NCBI GenBank assembly: GCA_030692905.1
Contig: JAUYBT010000085.1
Coordinates: 100-64,099 of the forward strand
Length of the DNA: 64,000 nt
DNA from: Bacteroidales bacterium
Lineage (GTDB): Bacteria; Bacteroidota; Bacteroidia; Bacteroidales; VadinHA17
Direction of reading: 5' to 3'
Numbering within the stretch: the stretch's first letter is position 1; every line of letters starts with the position of its first letter. This document shows, piece by piece, positions 39,633 through 49,012 of the stretch. Below the pieces are notes generated by a model. It worked only from the letters and a program-made list of their open reading frames with translations, was not told where the DNA came from and searched no databases. The translations under genes were made by a program, and so were the position numbers.

Positions 39633-41528
39633 ATGGCTTATTCAGGACTAACCGGTTTTATTAGCGCGCTGGAGAAAAAAGATGAGCTCCTGCGGATAAA
39701 AACATTTACAGATCCAATTCTTGAGATCACAGAAATAACAGACCGCGTAACCAAATCCGGAGGGAAAGCATTACTGTTTGAAAATACAGGAACTGAATTC
39801 CCCGTTTTGATAAATGCTTTCGGATCCGATGAACGGATGGCAATGGCAATCGGAAGAGAGGATCTCGATGAGGTCGGTGTGGAAATTGAAAGTATCTTTA
39901 AAAATATTTCAGATAATAAGGTAACTATTTTCAAAAAGCTATCTGCCCTGCCGGCACTTTTTAAATTGGCAGGTTATCTTCCTTCCCGGATGATGGGGAA
40001 AGGCACGTGCCAACAGGTGATACACAGGATACCAGATCTGGGGATACTTCCGGTTCTTAAATGCTGGCCATATGACGGAGGCCGTTTTATAACACTTCCT
40101 ATGGTGCATACCAAACATCCGGAATCCGGAAAAACAAATGTAGGAATGTACAGGATGCAGGTGCTCGATAAAAGCACAACTGCCATGCATTGGCAGCGTC
40201 ATAAAACTGGTGCGAACCATTTTGAAGCCTGGAAAAAAACCAATAAAAAAATGCCGGTCTCTGTAGCTTTGGGAGGAGATCCGGTTTATACATATTCTGC
40301 AACAGCTCCATTGCCTGAAAATATCAATGAATACATTCTGGCAGGCTTCCTTAGAAAGAAAAAGGTCAGAATGGTAAAGTGTCTCACCAACGAACTTTAT
40401 GTGCCATGTGATGCCGACATTATTTTGGAAGGCTATGTCGATCCTGCAGAGGAGCCTGTATGGGAGGGCCCGTTTGGTGATCATACCGGATTCTATTCTC
40501 TTGCTGACTGGTATCCTAAATTTCATGTTACCTGTATAACTCACTCAAAAAAAGCAGTTTACCCTGCAACGATAGTTGGCATTCCTCCCCAGGAAGATGC
40601 ATGGCTTGCAAAGGCTACAGAAAAAATATTTCTTACTCCGGTTAAAATGACAATACAACCTGAAATTGAAGATTTTCATATGCCTGATGCCGGTATCGCC
40701 CATAACCTTTTAATAGTGAAGATCAAAAAGACCTATCCGGGGCAGGGGATGAAAGTTATCAGTTCCTTGTTCGGAGCAGGTCAGATGATGTTTACAAAAT
40801 ACCTGATTGTAGTCAGTGGCGATATTAATATCAGGAATTATAAGAAACTGCTGGTGCATGTTTTTGCAAATGTTGATTTCGGTAAGGATCTGTTGTTCAG
40901 CCGGGGGCCACTCGATGTTCTTGACCACTCCTCTGACTCCTTTTCATTCGGAGGGAAAGCAGGAGTTGACGCAACTGTAAAGCATATTGAAGAAGATACA
41001 GGCAGAAACAATTTCAGACAATACAATAAATCTGCCGTTTTTAATAGTATAAACAACATTTTTGACAGGGATATCATAAAAAATTTTAATCTGAATCTTT
41101 TTAAAGATGATATTCCGATATTGATAGTAACAGTTAACCGCTCTGAGGATCAGGATATGATTGACAAGGTTAAAAGCATGTTCAAAACAAACGATCCGGC
41201 AGGGATTTTCAGTCTGATCGTTGCAGTCGATCATACAGTTGATCCTGGTGACTTGCATATGGTGGCCTGGCAGGTACTTGGAAACTCTGATCCTCAACGC
41301 GATAATGAATATATTTCCCCCGCATCCGTTTTTATCGATGGAACAATAAAAGCTTACAGGAAAGGAGGATTCCCCCGGAAATGGCCGAATATAGTTTGTT
41401 CCAATATTGAAACGATTTCAGCAATCGATCAAAAATGGGAATCGCTCGGAATAGGACCGTTCATCAATTCTCCCTCTATAAAAAACCTGGGATTATGCCG
41501 CAATGGAACAGATGAAATCGTCTGGTAA
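39633..41528 (+). CDS. UbiD family decarboxylase (menaquinone biosynthesis decarboxylase-like)
   Basis: An N-terminal two-thirds with UbiD-like blocks (GGKALLFEN, YDGGRFITLPMVHTKHPESG..NVGMYRMQ, GDPV) plus a C-terminal extension. ATG at 39633 is preferred over the TTG at 39609. Confidence 0.75.
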   Translation: MAYSGLTGFISALEKKDELLRIKTFTDPILEITEITDRVTKSGGKALLFENTGTEFPVLINAFGSDERMAMAIGREDLDEVGVEIESIFKNISDNKVTIFKKLSALPALFKLAGYLPSRMMGKGTCQQVIHRIPDLGILPVLKCWPYDGGRFITLPMVHTKHPESGKTNVGMYRMQVLDKSTTAMHWQRHKTGANHFEAWKKTNKKMPVSVALGGDPVYTYSATAPLPENINEYILAGFLRKKKVRMVKCLTNELYVPCDADIILEGYVDPAEEPVWEGPFGDHTGFYSLADWYPKFHVTCITHSKKAVYPATIVGIPPQEDAWLAKATEKIFLTPVKMTIQPEIEDFHMPDAGIAHNLLIVKIKKTYPGQGMKVISSLFGAGQMMFTKYLIVVSGDINIRNYKKLLVHVFANVDFGKDLLFSRGPLDVLDHSSDSFSFGGKAGVDATVKHIEEDTGRNNFRQYNKSAVFNSINNIFDRDIIKNFNLNLFKDDIPILIVTVNRSEDQDMIDKVKSMFKTNDPAGIFSLIVAVDHTVDPGDLHMVAWQVLGNSDPQRDNEYISPASVFIDGTIKAYRKGGFPRKWPNIVCSNIETISAIDQKWESLGIGPFINSPSIKNLGLCRNGTDEIVW

Positions 41529-41534
41529 CAGAAT

Positions 41535-42884
41535 CTAAATATTTTTTTTAATCTTATCGATGAGTGCTGCCGGCTGGAAAGGTTTACTGATATAATCATC
41601 GATACCCGCTGACAGGCATTCCTCCTTATCTCCAATCATGGCGTTTGCTGTAATTGCGATTATCGGAACATGCGAATTGGTAGTGGATTCAAGAGCCCTG
41701 ATCTTTTCAGAAGCTACCAGTCCGTTCATCACAGGCATCTGGATATCCATCAGGATAAGATCGTAGTTGGTAGTCCCATACTTATCAAGAGCCTCTTTCC
41801 CGTTCGAAGCAGTATCAATACTATTAACCAGGGGACCGAGTGTAAGAAGTGTGATCTTTTGGTTTATGAGATTATCTTCAACAAGAAGTATTTTGATGTC
41901 TTTCAGCTCCTTATGAGTTTTATCTTTCTGTATAAGCTCCTCGATCTTAAGAGAAGCAGTTTTCGGCTTTGGCCCGGAAACAGGATTGGCAAATGGAAGA
42001 AGGATGTTCAATATTGTATAATTATTTCCAACCTCCTGGCTAAAGGTCCCCTTACCTGATGAAATCAGCCTGGCTGCCAGACTGCGTTCAATACCTGTTT
42101 TATCAATAAGAACAATACTTCTATCGGTTTGTATCCTCAATCCAATGAAGCTTTCATTTCCTGATTCTTTCTCTTTTTTGAGATTTATTGTGACCTTGGT
42201 AACTCTATCAGAAATCTGATTTTCAATTGTAGTAAACAGGTCAAGAAAGATCTGCATTAGAATTATCGGGTCGCCAAAACATTCAAAATCACTGAATTCT
42301 TTCTTGTTTAAGATAAAATCTATGTTGGCTTTTTCCTTAAGACTGTAAAGTTCAATAATGTTTTGAATAGTAAATAACAAGTTAAACCTGATAGCCTTCC
42401 GGTGTTCATAACTCAAATTACCGGCCGACTTCATTGTTAATTCATTAACAGTAGTAACCATATTATTCGTTGAAGCGATGAAAGTCTCAAGTAACTCTTT
42501 TTGCTTTTTCTCGAGACCTGATTCCATAAGCATATCAACGATAGTAACAAGGTTGTTCAGGGGTTCTCTTATCTTATGGAAGAAATCGGTAATGAAATCA
42601 TCTTTTCTTTCGTTCAGAGAAGAAAAAACATTAAGGGATTCCTTTATTTTATTATTTAGAACAGTAGCTTTTCTGACAACAATTATGCCGATACACGCAC
42701 CTGCAATTATCAGGCATCCTGCAAGAAGTTTCTGGTCAAAGGTGAGAAGAAGGACGGCTGCTATCAAACAAAACAGACCAATAATCGGATAAGTTTCAAC
42801 GATCTTTCTTCTTTTATCGAATAATTCCTCTGAAGACTTATTTAAACCATTATTGTTGTTTGACTTTCCGGTTTCACTAACCAT
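41535..42884 (-). CDS. hybrid sensor histidine kinase-like protein with C-terminal receiver domain and degenerate ATP-binding domain
   Basis: Two TM helices, H-box FFHKIREPLN, an HATPase-like region lacking the N-box Asn and the DxGxG glycines, and a canonical REC domain (LVEDN...LILMDIQMP...ITANA...DDYISKP). Confidence 0.7.
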   Translation of the reverse strand: MVSETGKSNNNNGLNKSSEELFDKRRKIVETYPIIGLFCLIAAVLLLTFDQKLLAGCLIIAGACIGIIVVRKATVLNNKIKESLNVFSSLNERKDDFITDFFHKIREPLNNLVTIVDMLMESGLEKKQKELLETFIASTNNMVTTVNELTMKSAGNLSYEHRKAIRFNLLFTIQNIIELYSLKEKANIDFILNKKEFSDFECFGDPIILMQIFLDLFTTIENQISDRVTKVTINLKKEKESGNESFIGLRIQTDRSIVLIDKTGIERSLAARLISSGKGTFSQEVGNNYTILNILLPFANPVSGPKPKTASLKIEELIQKDKTHKELKDIKILLVEDNLINQKITLLTLGPLVNSIDTASNGKEALDKYGTTNYDLILMDIQMPVMNGLVASEKIRALESTTNSHVPIIAITANAMIGDKEECLSAGIDDYISKPFQPAALIDKIKKNI

Positions 42885-42972
42885 AAATCACTATTTTGCA
42901 GTTTTGTAAATTTAAACAAAATATGTAATAAATAATCATTAACTGAAATTAATATCCTTTGAAGGAAATCGC

Positions 42973-42980
42973 TAAATTTG
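42973..42980 (+). promoter_or_regulatory. Bacteroidota -7 promoter box (TAAATTTG)
   Basis: Exact TAnnTTTG match 49 nt upstream of the ATG at 43029. Confidence 0.4.
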
Positions 42981-43028
42981 TCCTTCCGGTACGATATTTG
43001 AACTTAAAGTGGTAAAACTTTAATTATT

Positions 43029-43775
43029 ATGGAGAGAGTATTAAAAATATTTTTTTTAATAAGTTTAATTGCATCAGGAACTCCTCGTTTTCCTTTGTGC
43101 GGACAGGAGAAAGAAGGAATGGTAAAATATACTCCCGATTTCAGGTTCAATGATGGTATTTATCTGAATTTTGAACAGGTAAAACTGAATAGCCCTATAC
43201 CTAAGGCGAAGTTACTCACTTCTATTGATTATAACGATAGAGAGTTCTTTAAAAAAATCCTGGCAATGGATAAAATCTATTTCTATGACAATATGGGAGT
43301 GAGGCAGGAAATTGCGAAAAATACCATCTGGGGTTATTCACGTAACGGTGTGTTGAGCATTCAGATTCAGGAAAATTTCAACAGGATAACCTTCGTTGGC
43401 AGCATCTGTCATTTTGTTGCGGATATTACAACTTATGATAACCGATATTATAACTCTCCGTACGGGAACTATAATCCCTATTATTCACCTTACGGATATA
43501 GTAATTATTATAACCCTTATAACCCTTATAACTCATATTATTCACCTTACAGGCAATCAAATATGACCCGTAACGAATTAAAACAGTATTTAATTGATTT
43601 TGAGAGCGGTAAGATCCTGGAATATGATATTGAGAATACTAAATTACTTCTGATGAAGGATAATGAACTTTATGAAGAGTATGTTCAGCTTTCCAGAAAA
43701 AAGAAGAAAGAACAAATGTTTGTTTATATACGGAAATTCAACGATAAAAATCCCTTGTACATACCTGTACAATAA
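43029..43775 (+). CDS. secreted hypothetical protein with Tyr/Asn/Pro-rich low-complexity segment
   Basis: N-terminal signal peptide. Residues 136-175 read YDNRYYNSPYGNYNPYYSPYGYSNYYNPYNPYNSYYSPY. No family recognised. Confidence 0.55.
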   Translation: MERVLKIFFLISLIASGTPRFPLCGQEKEGMVKYTPDFRFNDGIYLNFEQVKLNSPIPKAKLLTSIDYNDREFFKKILAMDKIYFYDNMGVRQEIAKNTIWGYSRNGVLSIQIQENFNRITFVGSICHFVADITTYDNRYYNSPYGNYNPYYSPYGYSNYYNPYNPYNSYYSPYRQSNMTRNELKQYLIDFESGKILEYDIENTKLLLMKDNELYEEYVQLSRKKKKEQMFVYIRKFNDKNPLYIPVQ

Positions 43776-43921
43776 TATTAGAGGCATGAAAGCAACTTTT
43801 ATAGCCATTGGACTGCTTTTTTCTGCGGGTTTATTACCTGCCGATCTGAAAAGACTTGCAAAATAATAAGGATGCAGCATTGGGGAAATAAATGCGTCTT
43901 TTAAATAAATACTGAAACGTC

Positions 43922-44278
43922 ATGGAAGAGAACAAAGTATTATCAGAAACAGAAAGAAACTGGGCAATGTTATGTCACCTGTCAGCTTTTGCCGGTTTCT
44001 TTTTCCCTTTTGGAGGTATTATAGGCCCGCTTATATGCTGGCTGTCGAGAAAAGATGAATCGGTCTGGGTGAACGTGAACGGAAAAAATTCACTTAACTT
44101 CCAGTTATCTATGTTACTATATATTGTTCTTGTTATCCCTTTATGTTTAATAATTATAGGAATACCAATAATTTTTTTGCTGGTAACTCTTAAGGTAATA
44201 TGTATAATTATTGCAAGCGTTAAAGCAGCGAAGGGCGAACTCTTCAGATACCCTCTGCTGATACCCTTCATTCAGTAA
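43922..44278 (+). CDS. DUF4870-like small membrane protein
   Basis: ERNWAMLCHLSAFAGFFFPFGGIIGPLICWL...KNSLNFQLS is typical of the DUF4870 family. Confidence 0.6.
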   Translation: MEENKVLSETERNWAMLCHLSAFAGFFFPFGGIIGPLICWLSRKDESVWVNVNGKNSLNFQLSMLLYIVLVIPLCLIIIGIPIIFLLVTLKVICIIIASVKAAKGELFRYPLLIPFIQ

Positions 44279-44445
44279 TATTTCTGGTCGAGAGATTCAA
44301 TAGCGAAGCGCAAGAGCTGCCTTCACTAACGTTCTGGCAGGCAAAGCAGGTCGAAGTCCAAGACCTTAAGACAGCCGAAGGGAGCAAGACAGCCAGAAGG
44401 GCGTTAAGACAACAAGACAACTTCTTTTTACATTCTCCTTATCTT

Positions 44446-44473
44446 TTATACTTTTGTCTTTATACTTTTGTCT
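44446..44473 (+). promoter_or_regulatory. tandem 14-bp duplication carrying two -7 boxes (TACTTTTG twice) upstream of hisS
   Basis: TTATACTTTTGTCT occurs at 44446-44459 and again at 44460-44473. Each copy contains a TAnnTTTG box (44449-44456 and 44463-44470). Confidence 0.5.
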
Positions 44474-44494
44474 GTTATCTTTTATTAGCAGACT

Positions 44495-45877
44495 ATGTCC
44501 TCAAAACCATCCATCCCAAAAGGAACAAGGGATTTCTCCACTGAAGAGATGCTGAAACGCGAATATATTTTTGAGACCATTAAAAAGGTATTCAGGTTAT
44601 ATGGTTATCAGCCGATTGAGACTCCTGCTATGGAAAACCTCACAACTCTACTCGGAAAGTACGGTGAAGAGGGCGACAAACTTCTGTTCAGGATAATTAA
44701 TTCCGGTGATTTTTTGTCGTCAGTCAACGATGAAGAGCTTCTTAAGCGGGAACCAGTCAAACTCTCTTCAAAGATTTGCGAAAAAGGGTTGCGATATGAT
44801 CTTACTGTACCATTCGCACGGTATGTTGTTCAACATCGTAATGAAATTGTCTTTCCATTTAAAAGATACCAGATACAACCGGTATGGAGAGCAGACAAAC
44901 CTCAGAAAGGAAGGTATCGTGAGTTCTTTCAATGCGATGTTGATGTAATCGGAAGCGACTCATTATTAAATGAGTATGAGTTGATTAAGATCATTGATGA
45001 TATCTTCAAAAGACTAAAGATTGCAACTGTCATTAAAATCAACAACCGGAAGGTTCTTTCAGGAATTGCAGGTTATATTGGTGAAGCGGATAGAATTACT
45101 GATATCACTGTTGCAATTGATAAGCTCGATAAGATTGGTATCGAGGCTGTTAATGCGGAGCTAAGTAGTAAAGGCTTATCCGCTGCAGCTATTACTAATC
45201 TGCAACCTGTGTTGCAGCCCAGCGGTAATACCGATGCTAAACTGGATAAACTTGGTAAGTTGCTGTCACAGTCTGAAACAGGCATGAAAGGAATATCTGA
45301 ATTGCGGACACTCTTTGCATATATTAAGAATAGTTCTTTAACCTGTGATGTTGAGCTGGATCTTACTCTTGCACGCGGACTAAACTATTATACCGGTGCA
45401 ATTATTGAAGTTAAGTCAAAAGATGTGAGTATCGGAAGTATTTGTGGCGGTGGCCGTTACGATAATCTTGCAGGAGTTTTTGGAATGGAAGGGGTATCGG
45501 GTGTCGGCATATCTTTTGGAGCCGACAGGATATATGATGTTCTTAACCAGTTAAATCTTTTTAATGATATCAAAGTATCTTCAACAGAAGTGCTGTTAGT
45601 AAACTTTGGCGAGAACGAAACACAGTACGCTCTTAAAATTCTCGATCTTTTACGCAGCCTTGGTGTAAGTACTGAATTATTTCCCGATGCTGTAAAACTC
45701 AAGAAACAGATGTCGTATGCCGATTCAAAAAAGATACCTTATATCATTATTGCTGGTGAAGATGAGATAAAAAATAATAGTATCACCATTAAGAACATGT
45801 CCTCTGGAGAGCAAAGGAAAATGCCTTTGAAAGACCTTGATTTATTCGTTAAAGGAGAGATTAAGAAGACAAAATGA
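44495..45877 (+). CDS. hisS: histidine--tRNA ligase
   Basis: Class II aaRS motifs and HisRS blocks ([37 protein letters not shown]) with a C-terminal anticodon-binding domain. Confidence 0.95.
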   Translation: MSSKPSIPKGTRDFSTEEMLKREYIFETIKKVFRLYGYQPIETPAMENLTTLLGKYGEEGDKLLFRIINSGDFLSSVNDEELLKREPVKLSSKICEKGLRYDLTVPFARYVVQHRNEIVFPFKRYQIQPVWRADKPQKGRYREFFQCDVDVIGSDSLLNEYELIKIIDDIFKRLKIATVIKINNRKVLSGIAGYIGEADRITDITVAIDKLDKIGIEAVNAELSSKGLSAAAITNLQPVLQPSGNTDAKLDKLGKLLSQSETGMKGISELRTLFAYIKNSSLTCDVELDLTLARGLNYYTGAIIEVKSKDVSIGSICGGGRYDNLAGVFGMEGVSGVGISFGADRIYDVLNQLNLFNDIKVSSTEVLLVNFGENETQYALKILDLLRSLGVSTELFPDAVKLKKQMSYADSKKIPYIIIAGEDEIKNNSITIKNMSSGEQRKMPLKDLDLFVKGEIKKTK

Positions 45878-45915
45878 ACCGGATGATATTCACAGACTTT
45901 TAAAAAGATTAACTA

Positions 45916-47406
45916 ATGAATTTTAAAATATCCCCCGAAAATCTTAAACTTGAAAAGGTCGGGGAAATTCTGAATAAAAATATAAAGCTCTCTCTGTCAA
46001 AGGAATCTATCGATCTTATTACACATTGCAGGAGCTATCTCGATCGTAAACTTGAGAATAATACATCTCCCATATATGGGATCACCACCGGTTTTGGTTC
46101 ACTTCATAATAAAACCATAAGTCCCGATCAACTCAATAAGCTCCAGGAAAACCTTGTTATGTCGCATGCCTGTGGTACCGGGCCTGTTGTAAGAGAATAT
46201 ATTGTCAGGCTGATGCTGCTTTTAAAAATTCATGCCCTGAGCCTTGGAAAATCAGGCGTTCAGGTGGAGACCGTGCAGCGGCTTATCGATTTCTTTAATG
46301 AAAGTATTAGTCCGGTTGTTTACGAGCAGGGATCACTTGGAGCTTCAGGTGATCTGGCACCACTGGCTCACCTCGTTCTTCCATTGCTGGGGATGGGAGA
46401 GGTGATGTATAAGGGAAAGAGATATAAAGCCGGCATTATTCTGAAAAAATTTGGATGGTCTCCTGTTGAATTGAAGTCAAAGGAAGGACTTGCCCTTCTC
46501 AACGGTACTCAATTCATGAGTGCTTATGGTGTATATATTATTGCAATGGCTGAACGGCTTTCGGCATTTGCAGATATTACTTCAGCTATCTCTCTCGAGG
46601 CTTATGACGGACGACTTGATCCCTTTTTCGAGAGCATTCATTTGATCAGACCACATAAGGGCCAGATTAGTACTGCAAAAACATTCAGAAAAATATTAAA
46701 GGGGAGCCAGTTGATTTCACGCACAAAAGCTCATGTGCAGGACCCTTACTCTTTCCGGTGCATTCCCCAGGTTCATGGAGCAAGCAAAGATGCAATAAGC
46801 TATGCAAAATCAGTAATTCTGACAGAGATCAACTCCGTAACTGATAACCCGACAATATTTCCCGACGAAGATCTGATCGTTTCAGGAGGGAATTTCCATG
46901 GACAGCCTCTTGCACTTATTTTCGACTACCTGGCTATTGCTCTTGCCGAGTTGGGAAGTATTTCAGAAAGAAGGATCTACAGGTTAATAGCCGGACAACG
47001 GGATCTTCCTGAATTTCTTGTTGCAAATCACGGACTGAATAGCGGATTTATGATACCGCAATATACTGCAGCCTCCATTGTCAGTCAGAATAAGCAACTT
47101 TGCACACCTTCATCGGTAGATTCCATCCCATCATCGAATGAGCAGGAAGATCATGTAAGCATGGGAGCCAACGGAGCTACAAAGTTGTTGCGCGTAGCCG
47201 AGAACCTTGAAAGGATTATTGCAATCGAATTATTCACTGCTATTCAGGCACTGGAATTCAGAAGGCCTCTCAAATCTTCTCAATTTATTGAAGAGGTGGT
47301 AATATCATACCGGAAAACTATTCCTTTTACTAAGGATGATAAGGTAATGTACGGTGAAATTGCAAAATCAATAGATTTTGTCAGGAACTTTGAGATTAAG
47401 TTATAA
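45916..47406 (+). CDS. hutH: histidine ammonia-lyase
   Basis: MIO-forming GASGDLAPLAHL motif. The LVMSHACG selectivity residues (Ser-His) indicate HAL rather than TAL or PAL. Confidence 0.88.
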   Translation: MNFKISPENLKLEKVGEILNKNIKLSLSKESIDLITHCRSYLDRKLENNTSPIYGITTGFGSLHNKTISPDQLNKLQENLVMSHACGTGPVVREYIVRLMLLLKIHALSLGKSGVQVETVQRLIDFFNESISPVVYEQGSLGASGDLAPLAHLVLPLLGMGEVMYKGKRYKAGIILKKFGWSPVELKSKEGLALLNGTQFMSAYGVYIIAMAERLSAFADITSAISLEAYDGRLDPFFESIHLIRPHKGQISTAKTFRKILKGSQLISRTKAHVQDPYSFRCIPQVHGASKDAISYAKSVILTEINSVTDNPTIFPDEDLIVSGGNFHGQPLALIFDYLAIALAELGSISERRIYRLIAGQRDLPEFLVANHGLNSGFMIPQYTAASIVSQNKQLCTPSSVDSIPSSNEQEDHVSMGANGATKLLRVAENLERIIAIELFTAIQALEFRRPLKSSQFIEEVVISYRKTIPFTKDDKVMYGEIAKSIDFVRNFEIKL

Positions 47407-47868
47407 ATTGTGTCTTGGAATTACCCTCTGTTGTTGCTTAACACCCTGCAACTCATTAAGAAGTTGAACTTTATACTGATTTTCAGCCTGATAAAACCTT
47501 ATCACTTTTGCCGGAGGCAGCACCTCTTTAAGTTTCTTATGAAATGTAACTGCGAGGGATGACTCCTGAACAATGCAAGCAATAAGCTTATCGCCTGTTT
47601 CAGTTAGCTGATTATCACTTAAGGCATTTTCATTCTGATTAAAGTTTCTTATAAGTGTAACCTTTTCCTGCTGTATTAAATTTTTCTGTTTCTGATATTC
47701 GTTGTAGACCGGCCAGAATTTTTCTGCCTCCTGCGAAGTAAGATTCAGTCTCTTCGTAAAGAATCCGATCTTATAGGCATTCAGTTTATCGAGATTGGGG
47801 TTCTGGGCTGTTAACCTTATTACAGGAAACATTACCATTATCAGTAAAACAATTGTTCCTCTTTTCAT
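47401..47868 (-). CDS. periplasmic Spy/CpxP-like (LTxxQ-motif) protein
   Basis: Signal peptide MKRGTIVLLIMVMFPVIRLTAQ and an LTSQEAEKFWPVYNEY motif. It is the last gene of the ECF sigma operon. The start is set at the ATG at 47868 so it does not overlap the upstream gene. Confidence 0.45.
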   Translation of the reverse strand: MKRGTIVLLIMVMFPVIRLTAQNPNLDKLNAYKIGFFTKRLNLTSQEAEKFWPVYNEYQKQKNLIQQEKVTLIRNFNQNENALSDNQLTETGDKLIACIVQESSLAVTFHKKLKEVLPPAKVIRFYQAENQYKVQLLNELQGVKQQQRVIPRHNL

Positions 47869-47878
47869 GGCTTCGAAC

Positions 47879-48304
47879 TTATAGTTGTTCATAAATATCA
47901 CTAATTTCAATATTTTCAAGTAAAAGATAATCAATTATATCTGTTTTATTTACATCAGGTACTTCTTCAGACAGAAACAGGGATGCTGCATTTTCTTCAA
48001 GCATAATAATTTCAATATCATTTATATACGGCTCAGGATACTCTTCAAACATTACTTCAGATTCCTGTGAGTTTATTCTGCCGGGATTTAACATCTTTAC
48101 AGTTGCATAACCAAGAAGAATAAAACCTGTAACAGAAGCTGCTATCAGAAAATAAGGTCTGAATCGGTTGTATAATCCAATCTTTCTGACCTCCTGGTTA
48201 TAACCGGATATGGTAGAAATTATTTTACTGTTTACCTCCTCAAAGTAGTTTTCCGGTACTTTGAACGGATTTTTTCCCGGTATTTCATTTAGTTTTTTTA
48301 TCAT
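47879..48304 (-). CDS. putative anti-sigma factor / single-pass membrane protein
   Basis: It follows the ECF sigma gene and has one central TM helix (YFLIAASVTGFILLGYATV). The start at 48304 (MIKKLNE...) is preferred because the longer ORF runs through a palindromic element. Confidence 0.4.
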   Translation of the reverse strand: MIKKLNEIPGKNPFKVPENYFEEVNSKIISTISGYNQEVRKIGLYNRFRPYFLIAASVTGFILLGYATVKMLNPGRINSQESEVMFEEYPEPYINDIEIIMLEENAASLFLSEEVPDVNKTDIIDYLLLENIEISDIYEQL

Positions 48305-48331
48305 ACTAAAATTGATTTTAAAGGTATGATG

Positions 48332-48362
48332 GAACTCGTCCCGACATGTCGGGACTCGGTTC
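48332..48362. repeat. GC-rich palindrome GTCCCGACATGTCGGGAC with flanking GAAC/GTTC
   Basis: An 18-bp perfect palindrome at 48338-48355 between the sigma and anti-sigma genes. Confidence 0.8.
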
Positions 48363-48396
48363 ATCTTTCATTTAGATAGTTAAGAATCAGAAAGGT

Positions 48397-48948
48397 TTAA
48401 TCTCCTCCTAATATTTTTTCAATTTTTTTTACTGCATGATGATAAGATGCTTTTAGAGCCCCTTCTGAAGTCTTCAGTACCTTACTCATCTCTTCGTAGG
48501 TCATCTCGTCGAAATATTTAAGGTTAAAAACAATGCGCTGTTTTTCCGGAAGTTGCAAAAGCGCATTTTGTAATTTTACCTGGGCTTCATCACCATCGAA
48601 CCATGTACTGCCTTCCTGCGAATTTGCAAAACAGCTTCCAAGATCGTCGAGAGATACAGCGGCATTTCTTTTTCTTTTATTTATTAATGTCAGCGCTTCG
48701 TTTGTTGCAATGGTATAAAGCCATGTATAAAGAGAGCTTTCACTTCTGAAATCCCCAATGCTCCTCCATGCATTGATAAATGTGTTCTGAAGGGCATCAT
48801 CAGCATCTTCGTGAAGTATTACAAGCCGGCGTATATGCCAGTACAACCTTGAACTATATTTTTCAACAACAAGCCGGAATCCTTTATTCAGATCGGTCTT
48901 AAGTAATTCAGAAATGTTATCGTCTGGCTTAATACTACGCAATTGCAA
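48397..48948 (-). CDS. RNA polymerase sigma-70 factor, ECF subfamily
   Basis: Region 2 (DADDALQNTFINAWR) and region 4 (FDEMTYEEMSKVLKTSEGALKASYHHAVKKI) are present. Confidence 0.9.
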   Translation of the reverse strand: MQLRSIKPDDNISELLKTDLNKGFRLVVEKYSSRLYWHIRRLVILHEDADDALQNTFINAWRSIGDFRSESSLYTWLYTIATNEALTLINKRKRNAAVSLDDLGSCFANSQEGSTWFDGDEAQVKLQNALLQLPEKQRIVFNLKYFDEMTYEEMSKVLKTSEGALKASYHHAVKKIEKILGGD

Positions 48949-49012
48949 TTCAGATTTTCTTCTTTGATAGAAAAAACATTCAAAGGTTTAAAGATAGAAA
49001 ATGAATTTTATA

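Noticed and set aside
43786-43866. 26-codon hydrophobic ORF MKATFIAIGLLFSAGLLPADLKRLAK between the Tyr-rich protein gene and the DUF4870 gene
   Set aside because: It could be a small membrane peptide, but I have no homology, conservation or expression evidence. It is too short to support from sequence alone.
44280-44494. T-box riboswitch or His-codon attenuator leader upstream of hisS
   Set aside because: There is no T-box sequence (AAUUAGGGUGGUACCGCG-like), no specifier or antiterminator architecture and no His-codon-rich leader peptide. These mechanisms are also not typical for Bacteroidota.
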